A DNA stretch of 45,196 nt, taken from positions 1 to 45,196 of the forward strand of contig CAXTLE010000001.1 of assembly GCA_964244855.1 (NCBI GenBank), given 5' to 3'. The notes under the pieces are model-generated. The model did not search any database. It was not told where the DNA came from and saw nothing but the letters and a program-made list of their open reading frames with translations. This document shows, one piece after another, positions 18,736-29,000 of this stretch; within the stretch, counting starts at the first letter, position 1, and every line of letters begins with the position of its first letter. The position numbers and the translations under genes were made by a program. The DNA is from an uncultured Aestuariivirga sp. Lineage in GTDB: Bacteria > Pseudomonadota > Alphaproteobacteria > Rhizobiales > Aestuariivirgaceae.

Positions 18736-20013
18736 TCACAAGGCCTGCAAACACTCATCAAGAGCAGACAGCATGACATCGGCATCAGCCGGGCCAAAGG
18801 GCATGGGCGGACGGATTTTCAGCACATTGTATGAGATACCATTGTTGCCCAACAACACACCTTTTTCCCGCATCAAGTTGACCACGCGCTCGGTCTCGGC
18901 AGTTGCAGGTGTTTTGGTTTTGCGGTCTGTGACCAATTCAGCGCCTATGGTCAGGCCGTGTCCACGCACATCACCGATCACAGAATGTTTTTCAGCAAGC
19001 TTCCAAAAACCACGTTTGATGTAATCGCCACTGGCCTTCGCATTGGCCATGAGCATCTCGCCTTCCATCACATCCAAAACGGCATCGGCTGCGGCACATG
19101 AAACAGGATTGCCACCAAACGTATTAAAATATCCGAATGCCTGGCGAAATTCACGCATGATATCGAATGATGTTGCAACAGCCGCAACCGGATAGCCGTT
19201 GCCCATGGGTTTGCCCATTGTCACAATATCGGGCGCAAAGCCTGCAACCTGATGGCCCCAGAATTTTTCGCCTGTGCGGCCAAAACCTGGTTGCACTTCA
19301 TCGGAGATAATCACGCCACCCGCCTTGCGCACAGCCGCGATAGCCCCGTCCAGAAAACCTGAAGCCAGTTCCGGAAAACCTTCATTCACAAAAGTAGGAC
19401 AGACAATCATGCCAGAAACACCGCAGCCATTTTCCTGGAGTGCCTCACAAGCGGCGTCGACCTCTTGTGTAAATGCTTTCGCATGTGATGCAGCATCTCC
19501 TCCCGTAGGCCGATAGCTGTCTGGTGCTTTAACATGGCGAATGTGTTTTCCAAATCCGCCAATCGGAGGTTTTGTGGTTGACAGCTGTGACACCGCCGAC
19601 GTGTTGCCGTGATAGGTATGATTGGTGGCAATGATCCCGATTTTGCCGGACACGGCTTGCGCCATGCGCAGGGCAATGTCATTGGCCTCGCTGCCCGTAC
19701 ACACCATGATGGCTGAGGTAATGTCGCAGCTGAAGGTGCCCATCAGCCGTTCAACATAATTCAGAATGCCCTCATGCAGGTAACGGGTATGGGTGTTGAG
19801 CGTGGCTGCCTGCTTGCAAATGGCCTCCACCACATGCGGGTGACAATGACCCACATGCGGAACATTGTTATAGCAGTCGAGATAGCGCCTGCCTGTCGCA
19901 TCAGTCAGCCAGACGCCCTTGCCGCTGACGATATGTACGGGGTCATCATAAAACAGTCGCACGTTGGGGCCGAGCAGTTTTTGGCGTCGCGCAATAAGAT
20001 CAGCATTCGACAT
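18736..20013 (-). CDS. Class III PLP-dependent enzyme of the AGXT2L/ETNPPL (phospho-lyase-like) group
   Basis: YLDCYNNVPHVGHCHP, LNTHTRYLH, DEVQPGFGRTG, PLP Lys in TMGKPMGNG, NTFGGNPVSCA, NVLKIRPPM. Stop abuts the kinase start (0-bp gap). Confidence 0.88.
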   Translation of the reverse strand: MSNADLIARRQKLLGPNVRLFYDDPVHIVSGKGVWLTDATGRRYLDCYNNVPHVGHCHPHVVEAICKQAATLNTHTRYLHEGILNYVERLMGTFSCDITSAIMVCTGSEANDIALRMAQAVSGKIGIIATNHTYHGNTSAVSQLSTTKPPIGGFGKHIRHVKAPDSYRPTGGDAASHAKAFTQEVDAACEALQENGCGVSGMIVCPTFVNEGFPELASGFLDGAIAAVRKAGGVIISDEVQPGFGRTGEKFWGHQVAGFAPDIVTMGKPMGNGYPVAAVATSFDIMREFRQAFGYFNTFGGNPVSCAAADAVLDVMEGEMLMANAKASGDYIKRGFWKLAEKHSVIGDVRGHGLTIGAELVTDRKTKTPATAETERVVNLMREKGVLLGNNGISYNVLKIRPPMPFGPADADVMLSALDECLQAL

Positions 20014-20140
20014 AAGTGAACTCCAGCCAGATTAAAACGGCGATGCAAAGACGACATTTACCACATCTTTGCCATCTTAAATCAAGAGCGCAACCGGACG
20101 TCTGTCGACGAAAGATTTTGCCGTGCAGTGCACAGCTTTG

Positions 20141-20164
20141 GTAAAGTGAATGAAGTTACTTTAC
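20141..20164. promoter_or_regulatory. Imperfect palindrome GTAAAGTGA-N6-TTACTTTAC, candidate operator in a divergent promoter region
   Basis: Arms match at 8/9 positions. TGAAGTT also recurs at 20151, 20248 and 20308. Confidence 0.45.
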
Positions 20165-20337
20165 GAATCCAGTGCGAAAACAACATCCTCATATGAGCAG
20201 CATGCTTGGATTGATAGTATTTAAGCAATTTCCGGCAAAGCCCGTGCTGAAGTTTCAGAAATCTCTTCACATTATAATTTTCAACTTTACAAGAACAGTC
20301 ACAAAAGTGAAGTTCTCAACCATACAGGAAGGCCAAT

Positions 20338-21366
20338 ATGGCAACGTCTGCTCCACATCGACCCTATAAATATGCCGCCCGTCTGAATTCGTTCAAGAAT
20401 GGCAGTGCTGCTGCATCGGAAGTGGACAACAAGTTGAAAGGTGTGTTTGGCCTGTTGGCCCGCGCTGCCAAGGTGCCTGGCCTGAATGCAGTTGATCTGA
20501 ATTATCCGGACCACCTTGAAGGGGTGGAGCTGAAAGAGATGAAGCGACATCTCGATGGTCTTGGCCTGGTGGTGAATGGTTTTGCCATGCGCTATTATAG
20601 CGACCCCGGATTCAAGATCGGCGCATTCACCAATCCTGATGCAAGACTGCGGCGCTTGGCGATTGATCAGACCAAACGCGGTATCGACCAAATGCTGGAG
20701 CTTGGCGGTTCACTGATGACACTGTGGATGGGACAGGACGGCTTCGACTATTCCTTCCAAGCCGATTACGCCCGTTTATGGGACCAGACTCTGGATGCCA
20801 TCAGTGAAGTGGCAGATCATGTGCCGACATCGGAAGTCAGCATTGAATACAAGCCCAATGAACCCCGCAGTTTTGCCCTAATGCCCGATATTGGCACCAC
20901 ACTGCTGGCGATTCACGAAATGGGACGTAAGAATGTAGGTGTCACCATCGACTTCGCACATGTTCTGTATGCGGATGAAATGCCGGCCTATGCCGTGGCC
21001 CTGGCAGCGCGCAGTTCCAAATTGTTTGGTGTCCATCTGAACGACGGTTACGCCAAGCGCGATGACGGCCTCATGGTGGGCACAGTGCACCCGGTGCAGA
21101 CCATGGAACTGATCTATGTGCTGGAAGAAATCAAATACGACCGGCCGATTTATTTCGACACTTTCCCCGATACGACCGGCATGGATCCGATCGCAGAATG
21201 CAGTGCCAACATTGCAACTGTTGAAGCGATGCGAAATGTCGTCAGAAAACTGCAAGCAGACAACCGCCTCAAGACGGCCATTGCCGGACAAGATGCTGTG
21301 ACCAGCAACAATGTCGTGCGTGAGGCATTTTACGGAGGACTGAGCGCAGACACAGCAAAACCCTGA
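20338..21366 (+). CDS. Xylose-isomerase-like TIM-barrel sugar isomerase (substrate unknown)
   Basis: GAFTNPD..LRR.AI, LWMGQDG, EYKPNEPR, DFAH, HLND..RDD and YFD metal-ligand motifs. Confidence 0.85.
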   Translation: MATSAPHRPYKYAARLNSFKNGSAAASEVDNKLKGVFGLLARAAKVPGLNAVDLNYPDHLEGVELKEMKRHLDGLGLVVNGFAMRYYSDPGFKIGAFTNPDARLRRLAIDQTKRGIDQMLELGGSLMTLWMGQDGFDYSFQADYARLWDQTLDAISEVADHVPTSEVSIEYKPNEPRSFALMPDIGTTLLAIHEMGRKNVGVTIDFAHVLYADEMPAYAVALAARSSKLFGVHLNDGYAKRDDGLMVGTVHPVQTMELIYVLEEIKYDRPIYFDTFPDTTGMDPIAECSANIATVEAMRNVVRKLQADNRLKTAIAGQDAVTSNNVVREAFYGGLSADTAKP

Positions 21367-21437
21367 GAGCAGCCGTCAGAAGTTTCGTGCGCTCTCTTTT
21401 TGAACATTCATGTCTAAACCCTTGGGAGGATAACAAG

Positions 21438-22502
21438 ATGATTAAATTGACGAAGCGCCAGACGTTGCTCGGAGCCATTGCGGCTATGGCTTTATCGACC
21501 GCGGCTTTTGCCGACGATATGAAGCCACTGAATTCTGACATTGAAGCAGACCGCATGGACTGGTCGCAGCTCGAAGCCAAGTTCGGCCCGATGCCAAAAG
21601 TTGAAGCCGGCATGAAGGTTGGCGCAGTTGCCAAGGCCCTGACCAATGAATATTGGCGCAGCCTCGGTGAAGGTTACGTGAAGTTCGGCACAAAGGTTGG
21701 CGTAACAGTTGATCTGCAAGCTGGCCAAAATGAAAACGACCAGCTCGCCCAGTTGGCCATTGCCGAGAACATGCTGTCTCAAGGTTACAAACTGTTGCTG
21801 GTTTCTCCACAGACAGACTCTAATTTGCAGCCCGCCGTTGAAGCCGCCGAAAAGGCGGGTGTTCCGGTAATCAACGTTAACGACGCTGTTATTCCTTCTG
21901 CGAAAAACTACATTGGCAACGTGCAAAAGGACAACGGCGTGCGTGCAGCCCGCTGGTTCATTGCCAACCGCAAGGATGGGGGCAAGCTGGCCGTGATCGA
22001 AGGCATGGCTGGTGTTTATGCCGCCGTGCAACGCACAGCAGGCTTCAAGGAAACCATTGCCGCTGAAGGCAAGGGGTTTGAAGTTGTGGCCTCTGTTCCA
22101 GGCGATTGGGACCGGCAGAAGTCTTACGACGCCGCCACCAACATCATGCAGCAGAGCCCGGACATCACCGGCTTTTATTGCAACAATGATGGCATGGCGC
22201 TGGGTGTTGTCGAAGCCGTGAAGGCAGCAGGCAAGCTTGATAAAATAGCAGTGATCGGCACCGATGGTGTAAGCGATGCTTACGCCTCCATCAAGGCTGG
22301 CGAGCTGACAGCGACCGTGGACAGCTTCCCTGTGCTCACCGGTGAAGTGGCCATGGAAGTCGCACTGCGTTTGCAGGCCGGTCAAAAGCTGCCCCGTGTT
22401 GTGGCGACCCCACAAGCCTTGATCACCAAGGACAACGTGGCCCGCTACACAGGTGACGAAGCTACGGTGCGTGCTAACCTGATGGAAGACGCAAAACAAT
22501 AA
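21438..22502 (+). CDS. Sugar ABC transporter substrate-binding protein (RbsB/AlsB-like)
   Basis: Signal peptide ending AAFA. Motifs KALTNEYW, GDWDRQKS, YCNNDGMALG, IGTDG. RBS GGGAGGA before ATG 21438. Confidence 0.9.
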   Translation: MIKLTKRQTLLGAIAAMALSTAAFADDMKPLNSDIEADRMDWSQLEAKFGPMPKVEAGMKVGAVAKALTNEYWRSLGEGYVKFGTKVGVTVDLQAGQNENDQLAQLAIAENMLSQGYKLLLVSPQTDSNLQPAVEAAEKAGVPVINVNDAVIPSAKNYIGNVQKDNGVRAARWFIANRKDGGKLAVIEGMAGVYAAVQRTAGFKETIAAEGKGFEVVASVPGDWDRQKSYDAATNIMQQSPDITGFYCNNDGMALGVVEAVKAAGKLDKIAVIGTDGVSDAYASIKAGELTATVDSFPVLTGEVAMEVALRLQAGQKLPRVVATPQALITKDNVARYTGDEATVRANLMEDAKQ

Positions 22503-22511
22503 GCGTAACAT

Positions 22512-22551
22512 CCGGCGCGGTGGTGGGCACTCCCTGCCGCCGCCGCGCTGG
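22512..22551 (+). terminator. GC-rich intercistronic stem-loop after the binding-protein gene (mRNA-stabilising or attenuating)
   Basis: CCGGCGCGGTGGTGG...CCGCCGCCGCGCTGG can pair using G-U pairs. Typical position for such hairpins. No strong U-tract. Confidence 0.5.
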
Positions 22552-22611
22552 TATTATGCTCATATCATCAGCTCCGCTTCTATGGTTGGGCTGATTTTTC
22601 ATGGAAGATCA

Positions 22612-24120
22612 ATGTCTGACAGACCTCCCAAAACAGCAATTGTCCTGAACAATGTTTCCAAAGGTTTTCCGGGTGTGCAAGCGCTGGAAAATGTGGGCTT
22701 TGCTGTGGCAGCAGGGGAGGTGCGCGCTCTTTTGGGAGAGAACGGAGCAGGCAAGTCAACGTTGCTTAAAATACTCTCTGGCATTTATCACGCCGATACC
22801 GGCGAAATTCTGATCGGCGGCAAGCCCGTTGAACTGCGCAATCCAAAAGCCGCAAGGCTTGCAGGCGTCGCCCTCATTCACCAGGAACTGCAACAGGTGC
22901 CGGAACTCGATGTGGCCCAGAACATGTTTCTCGGCAATCCGATCACCAGATTAGGCGTGTTCTCCGATCGCGCTGCCATGCAGCAACGCGCCCGTGAATT
23001 GCTGGCTCAACTCGATCCCACAATTGATGTGCGCGCCAAAATAAAAACCCTGCGAGTGGCTCAGCGCCAAATCGTGGAAATTGCAAAGGCCTTGCTGGGA
23101 GACGCCCGCATCATCGCCATGGACGAGCCGACTTCGAGCCTGACGCCTGTCGAGTTTGAAAAACTCGTGGACGTGATTGACCGTTTGAAAGCCGATGGCG
23201 TGGCTGTGATTTACGTCTCCCACAAATTGGACGAAGTGTTTCGCGTTGCGTCACACGCAACAGTGCTCAGGGACGGAAAGTTGGTCGCCGATGTGGACCT
23301 TGCCAACACCTCTGAAGATGCGCTGGTCAATATGATGGTCGGCCGCAGCCTCGATATTCCACCGCATCAAAGCCATATGCAGGACACCGTGGTTTTATCG
23401 GTCGATGATTTGGGTCGTGACAGCCATGTTCGAAATGTGTCGTTGCAACTGCGCAAGGGCGAAGTTCTCGGCATCGCAGGCCTTGTGGGATCCGGGCGCA
23501 CTGAACTGGTGAAGCTTCTCGCGGGCGTCGACCGGCCGACAACAGGCACGATCATTTTGAACGGCAAACCCATAATCTTTGCCAATCCACGCGAAGCCAT
23601 TGCTGCGGGCATTGCACTCTTGCCTGAAGACCGCAAGAAAGAGGGCATCATTCCACTGAGGTCCGTCGCCATCAACGCGGCCTTGCCGAGTTACCGGAAA
23701 CTCACATCGGTTGGCTTCATCAAGACAGCGCAATTGGCCAAGCGCGTGAATGAACTTGCACAAAACGTAAATCTGCGTCCGCACGACATTGAACGCGCCA
23801 TTCGCCTGTTCAGCGGTGGCAATCAGCAGAAAGCCATTCTATGTCGCTGGCTCATGGCAGGTTCGGATATTCTCGTCTTCGATGAACCCACACGCGGAAT
23901 TGATGTTGGTGCCAAGGGCGAGATTTACAAATTGATTGAGTCGCTCGCCGCTGCGGGTCGTGCCATCATTGTGGTGTCGTCTGAATTGCCGGAAATCCTG
24001 CGTCTGTCAGACAATGTCATTGTCATGCGCAACGGGGCCATGGCAGGACGCCTTGCCCGCAAAGACTTAACCGAAGAAGCTGTCATGAGCCTTGCCATCA
24101 TCGGCAAGCAGGCGGCGTGA
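22612..24120 (+). CDS. Sugar ABC transporter ATP-binding protein (two-domain RbsA/MglA type)
   Basis: GENGAGKST, MDEPTSSL, YVSHKL, PEDRKKEG, SGGNQQK, DEPTRGIDVGAK. Confidence 0.93.
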   Translation: MSDRPPKTAIVLNNVSKGFPGVQALENVGFAVAAGEVRALLGENGAGKSTLLKILSGIYHADTGEILIGGKPVELRNPKAARLAGVALIHQELQQVPELDVAQNMFLGNPITRLGVFSDRAAMQQRARELLAQLDPTIDVRAKIKTLRVAQRQIVEIAKALLGDARIIAMDEPTSSLTPVEFEKLVDVIDRLKADGVAVIYVSHKLDEVFRVASHATVLRDGKLVADVDLANTSEDALVNMMVGRSLDIPPHQSHMQDTVVLSVDDLGRDSHVRNVSLQLRKGEVLGIAGLVGSGRTELVKLLAGVDRPTTGTIILNGKPIIFANPREAIAAGIALLPEDRKKEGIIPLRSVAINAALPSYRKLTSVGFIKTAQLAKRVNELAQNVNLRPHDIERAIRLFSGGNQQKAILCRWLMAGSDILVFDEPTRGIDVGAKGEIYKLIESLAAAGRAIIVVSSELPEILRLSDNVIVMRNGAMAGRLARKDLTEEAVMSLAIIGKQAA

Positions 24121-25067
24121 ACAGCTATGGGAAGCAGAACATGAAAATCAGCTGGCGTGACATGGGCACCCTTGTAGGACTCATCATCATGGTCGTGGTG
24201 TTTTCGAGCCTTTCCCACGTGTTTTTGACAGAGCGCAATATCGTCAACATCCTGCAGCAATCCAGCATCAACGCCTGCATTGCCATAGGTATGACCCTTG
24301 TCATTATCAGCGGCGGCATTGATCTCTCGGTGGGCCCGGTCGCGGCCTTGGCGGCGGTGATCAGCGCCAGTTTGCTGATGGCAGGATTTCCGGTGCCCGT
24401 GGTGCTCGCATCAGCCCTCGTTGTTGGTCTGCTCTGCGGCATGGTGAATGGTGCCTTGATTGCCTATGGCGGTTTGCAACCCTTCATCGTGACATTGGGT
24501 ACTCTCAGTCTGTTTCGTGCGCTGGCCCTGATTTATACAGGCGGCAATCCGGTATTGGGCTTGCCCAATAAATTCCGCCGCCTGTTTGCATCCGAAATAT
24601 TGGGCCTTCCGGTTCCTGTCATCATTGCAGGTGTCCTGGCGATTTTGGCAACAGTGGTCTTGAAGAAAACCCCGCTTGGCGAATACATACTGGCCGTTGG
24701 AGGCAACGAGGAAGCGGCCCGTGTGAGCGGCGTTCCCATCGAACGCACCAAGGTCATCACCTACATGATTTCGGGGGGACTGGCTTCGTTGGCCGCTGTC
24801 ATTCTCATGGCGAGACTCGGTGCTGCAGAACCCATTCTGGGAAATCTTTGGGAGCTGGAAGCGATCGCTGCCGCCGCAATTGGTGGCGCATCGCTGATGG
24901 GTGGCAAGGGTTCCATTTTTGGCACCATTCTCGGTGCGGTAGTTCTGGGGGCGATGCGCAATGGTTTGACGCTTCTGAATGTACAGGCCTTCTACCAGCT
25001 TCTGGCAACCGGCATCATCATCATCCTGGCCATGCTGATAGACCGGCTCGCACGCGGCAAAGGATAA
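24117..25067 (+). CDS. Sugar ABC transporter permease (RbsC/AlsC-like)
   Basis: GMTLVIISGGIDLSVG, QPFIVTLG, GGNEEAARVSG, IGGASLMGG. GTG start overlaps the previous stop; ATG 24141 is an alternative. Confidence 0.92.
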   Translation: MNSYGKQNMKISWRDMGTLVGLIIMVVVFSSLSHVFLTERNIVNILQQSSINACIAIGMTLVIISGGIDLSVGPVAALAAVISASLLMAGFPVPVVLASALVVGLLCGMVNGALIAYGGLQPFIVTLGTLSLFRALALIYTGGNPVLGLPNKFRRLFASEILGLPVPVIIAGVLAILATVVLKKTPLGEYILAVGGNEEAARVSGVPIERTKVITYMISGGLASLAAVILMARLGAAEPILGNLWELEAIAAAAIGGASLMGGKGSIFGTILGAVVLGAMRNGLTLLNVQAFYQLLATGIIIILAMLIDRLARGKG

Positions 25068-25072
25068 CGCGT

Positions 25073-25927
25073 TTGAACCTCGATCCACGCACCGTCGGTC
25101 CCCGCATTCGCATGCTCCTGCCAGAATTGACGGCAAGTGAAGCGCGGGTCGCGGAATTGATGTTGCGCAGTCTTTCGGGGGATCTTTTGCCTTTGAAACA
25201 AGTGGCCGCTGATGCCTTTGTTTCCGAGGCCATGGTCGTAAAGACTGCAAAACGCCTGGGTTTTGCGGGCTTCAGGGAATTGCGCGCAGCACTGACTGCA
25301 TACAAACAGCAACCCAATGTCGATCTGCATGAAGACCTCGGTGAACATGACAGCGCTGAAATCATTGTGCAGAAAGTCTTCCGAACCGCCATCCAGGCCC
25401 TTGAAGAGACGCTTGCCATTCTCGATATGCATGGTTTCCGACGCGCAGCCGATTTGATTCATGGGGCCAACCAGCTTGATTTTTATGGTCTGGGCGGATC
25501 AGCCCAGATCGCCCGCGACGTGGCACACAAGTTCCTGCGCATCGGCATTCGGGCCTCGGTCTATGACGACACCCACATGATGGCCATGTCGGCGGCCTTG
25601 CTGCAGCCGGGAGACGTGGTCGTGGCCTTCTCCCATTCAGGCCGCACAACGGGCGTACTTGAAGCCACCCAACTCGCAAGGGGAAAGGGCAGCAGCGTGA
25701 TTGCACTTACCAATTACGAATCATCACCCTTGGCTGAACATTCGGACGTAGTGCTATGTTCAACGGCACTGGGCTCACCCCTCACCAGCGAAAACGCTGC
25801 CGCTCGCATTGCGCAACTCAACATCATGGACGCCATCTTCATGGCGGTGGCGCAAAAAAGCTATAGTGCTGCCGAAGAAAACCTGTCCCGCACCATGTCG
25901 GCGGTTATGACCAAGCGTCGCGAATAG
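25073..25927 (+). CDS. RpiR/MurR family transcriptional regulator (HTH + SIS)
   Basis: LTASEARVA, VSEAMVVKTAKRLGFAGF, SIS motifs GLGGS and FSHSGRT. TTG 25073 follows AGGA; the ORF-track start at 24848 overlaps the permease. Confidence 0.9.
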   Translation: MNLDPRTVGPRIRMLLPELTASEARVAELMLRSLSGDLLPLKQVAADAFVSEAMVVKTAKRLGFAGFRELRAALTAYKQQPNVDLHEDLGEHDSAEIIVQKVFRTAIQALEETLAILDMHGFRRAADLIHGANQLDFYGLGGSAQIARDVAHKFLRIGIRASVYDDTHMMAMSAALLQPGDVVVAFSHSGRTTGVLEATQLARGKGSSVIALTNYESSPLAEHSDVVLCSTALGSPLTSENAAARIAQLNIMDAIFMAVAQKSYSAAEENLSRTMSAVMTKRRE

Positions 25928-26060
25928 CAAGTCAGGTATTGAATATGGACAGCAAGTCCGGAACTGTACGGAGTCTGGCCGGAATGTGCAAATCAAGGCA
26001 ATAGTACGCCGGTAAAATTTGGTCTAGACTGAGCCTCCCCGCGTTTGGAGAACCTGCCCA

Positions 26061-29000
26061 ATGAACTTGCGCCTTCCAGCACTTAAATTCATTGCACTCG
26101 TGTTTTCCGCGCTGGCTTTAACGGCGGCTGATGTCGCTGCCCAGGAAAACCAAGCCAACCTCCATATCCTGCGCATCACGCCGGAAGGTGATGATGTTCC
26201 GGCCGAAAAGCAGATTGTCATCACCTTTGACCGTGATGTTGTGCCGATTGGGCGGATGGAGCGTAGCGCTGCTGAAATCCCTGTGACAGTTTCGCCTGCG
26301 CTGAAATGTGACTGGCGCTGGATCAATACATCGGCACTGGCCTGCAACTTGCCCGATGCGGCTCCACTGCAACAGGCAACGCGTTACACCTTGGACATTG
26401 TACCCGGCATCAAGGCTGAAAATGGTGCAACACTGGCGGAAACCTATCACCATACATTCCTCACGGAACGCCCGGCGATTTATGATTACGGCTTCAACCA
26501 GTGGCGTTCACCGTCGCTTCCCGTGCTGCGGCTGGTGTTCAATCAGTCGGTGACAAGTCAATCGGTCGCCGATCATATTTATTTCAGCGTGGCAGATCAG
26601 GCTGGCAGCCGCATTGTCGCCAAGGTGAGCCCCGATCCTGAAGACCGGGTGTTGCCGGATGTTCTGCCGCTTCCGGGCGGCAGCGGTGGCGCTGTTGTTG
26701 TGGGTGAACAGCCTGCGCAGAAAAGTGATGATAAGTTGCAGACCAAGAACGGCGTTGAAGCGCGCCGCATCTGGCTGGTTGAGCCGCCCAGTGAACTAGC
26801 GCTGGATGCATCCATCATCTTGAAACAGGAACCCGGTTTGATTTCCGCTTCCGGTCCAGAAGCCAGTGCTACGGTTTCGGATGTTGTGCAATTCAATACC
26901 TTTCCCGCCTTTGAATTTCTCGGCGTGAAATGCACTGACAATGCCGGAAATGACGTGAAGTTTGCGGCGGGTGCGGCAACCACAGGCTTGTGCAATCCGA
27001 TGCAGCCAGCCTATTTGTCTTTCAGTGCGCCGGTAGAGCGTGAAGCACTGGGCGACAGCCTGGTTTTCAATCCGCCGATCAATGGCTGGAAACAGGTTGC
27101 GTCAGCTGATGAAGAAGAGTCGGATTCCGAAAGCACGCCTGCTTCTGGTCAAATAGGTATCCAATATACACAAGCCCATGAAGCGGGTCGGACCTATGAT
27201 ATTTATCTGCCGAGCCCCTTAAAAGCCGCAACGACTTACAGCATCAGCTCCGGAACAGTTCCCGCCAAAGATATTTTTGGCCGTAGTTTGACGAAACCCA
27301 TCGCGCAAAGCTTTGCACTCGATCACCGCAAACCCAATTTCGTGCTCGACTATTCGGATGCCGTGCTGGAGAAAAACGTCGACAGTGAGATTCCGCTTTA
27401 TGTGAACAACCTGCAGAATTTCACGTTTGACTATCGCAGACTGACGCCAAAAGGCAGCGATGAAGGCCACAGTGTCAGCACAACGGTTCCGGTCGCGCAG
27501 GACATTCAATTTGCCATGCCACTGGGTGTGCGCGCCATGCTGGATGGTGGCACGGGTGCTGTGTATGGTGCACTGAAAACCACACCCGGTGTGAACCCGG
27601 AAAATCCGCCTCATCTTTTCGCGCAGGTAACCCCGTTCCAGGTTCACTTGAAACTTGGACATTTCAACACACTAGCATGGGTCACCGACATGACCACGGG
27701 TGCGCCCGTTGCGGGGGCCAAGGTCAGCCTGTTCAAAGACACCATGGCGACAATCCATGCCTCAACTGATGTGACATCGGTGAGCGTGACAGATGCAAGT
27801 GGTCTTGCAACACTGCCCGGCACTGATGCACTCGATCCTGATCTTTCCCTCACCACAGCCTATGGCGATGACAAGACGCGTTATTTCCTGCGCGTGGACA
27901 AGGATGGCGATATGGCATTGTTGCCGGTGTCACAGTCCTTTACCATCGACAATTACCGCTCGTCCGGCAGTGAATCTGTTTACCCCACCAACCGCGAGCG
28001 TTACGGCCACATGCGGAGCTGGGGCACCACGGCGCAAGGCATCTATCGGGCGGGTGACAAGATCCAGTACAAGATCTATGTGCGCGACCAGAGCACTGAT
28101 GCTTTCATACCGCCGCCTACGAAAGGCTATCGCCTCAAGGTCATCGACCCGATGGGCAAGGTTGTGCACGATGTTGACAACGTGGAATTGTCGGCCTTCG
28201 GCGGTACCAGCGGCGAATTCACGGTGCCGAAAGAAGGTGCCGTGGGTTGGTACAAGTTCAAGCTGATCGCGAAATTTGCAAAAGCCACACCTTATGATCC
28301 TGCCGAAGAAGAGGAAGTGCCGGACGAAGCCACCGACGAGAGCAGCACGGAACCAGCTCCAGCTGATGACAGCGTTGGCAAGAAATCCTGGATTGCCATG
28401 CGCGTGCTGGTCAGCGATTTCACGCCGTCTCCTTTCAAGGTGTCGAACCAGTTGAACGGCGATTTGTTCCGCAGTGGAGACGAGGTCGAAGTGACGACCC
28501 ATGCCGAGCTGTTTTCGGGCGGCGCTTACACCGACGCCGCGGCCCGCATTACCGCCATTCTGGATGCGGCAACTTTTTCATCGACTGATCCTGTGGTGAA
28601 AGATTTCTCTTTTGACAGCTACAGCGATGAAACCACGACCCAACAGATTTTCCAGAAAATTGACGCCGTCAATAACAAGGGCGAACTGGCACTGAACTTC
28701 ACCACGGGTACGCCCGCAATTGTTTATGGAAAACTGTTGGTGGAAAGTGCGGTTGCGGATGATCGCGGCAAATATGTCACCTCGCAGGCCCATGCGGATT
28801 TTCTGGGCGTAGACCGTCTGGTCGGACTTTACAGCAAGGACTGGTTGTTGACCGTCGGCAAACCCGCGGACATTCAATATGTTGTGGTGGATGAACGCGG
28901 CAAGCCAATCGCAGGAACCGCCGTTGCTGTGAAACTGGAACATGAGGTCACGAAGTCTGCGCGGGTCAAAGGGGCTGGCAATGCTTACCTCACAGAATAT

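Noticed and set aside
20338-21366. Calling the isomerase xylA
   Set aside because: It is shorter than XylA with divergent motifs, and there is no xylB or xylFGH context.
21492-22511. Long antisense ORFs (339 aa here; also 1163-2053, 24411-25250, 28578-29336 and many shorter ones)
   Set aside because: They lie opposite well-supported genes and have no recognisable motifs. They are expected shadows of GC-rich codon usage.
25928-26060. GGAACT as an ECF-sigma promoter upstream of the macroglobulin
   Set aside because: No matching -10 element at the proper spacing.
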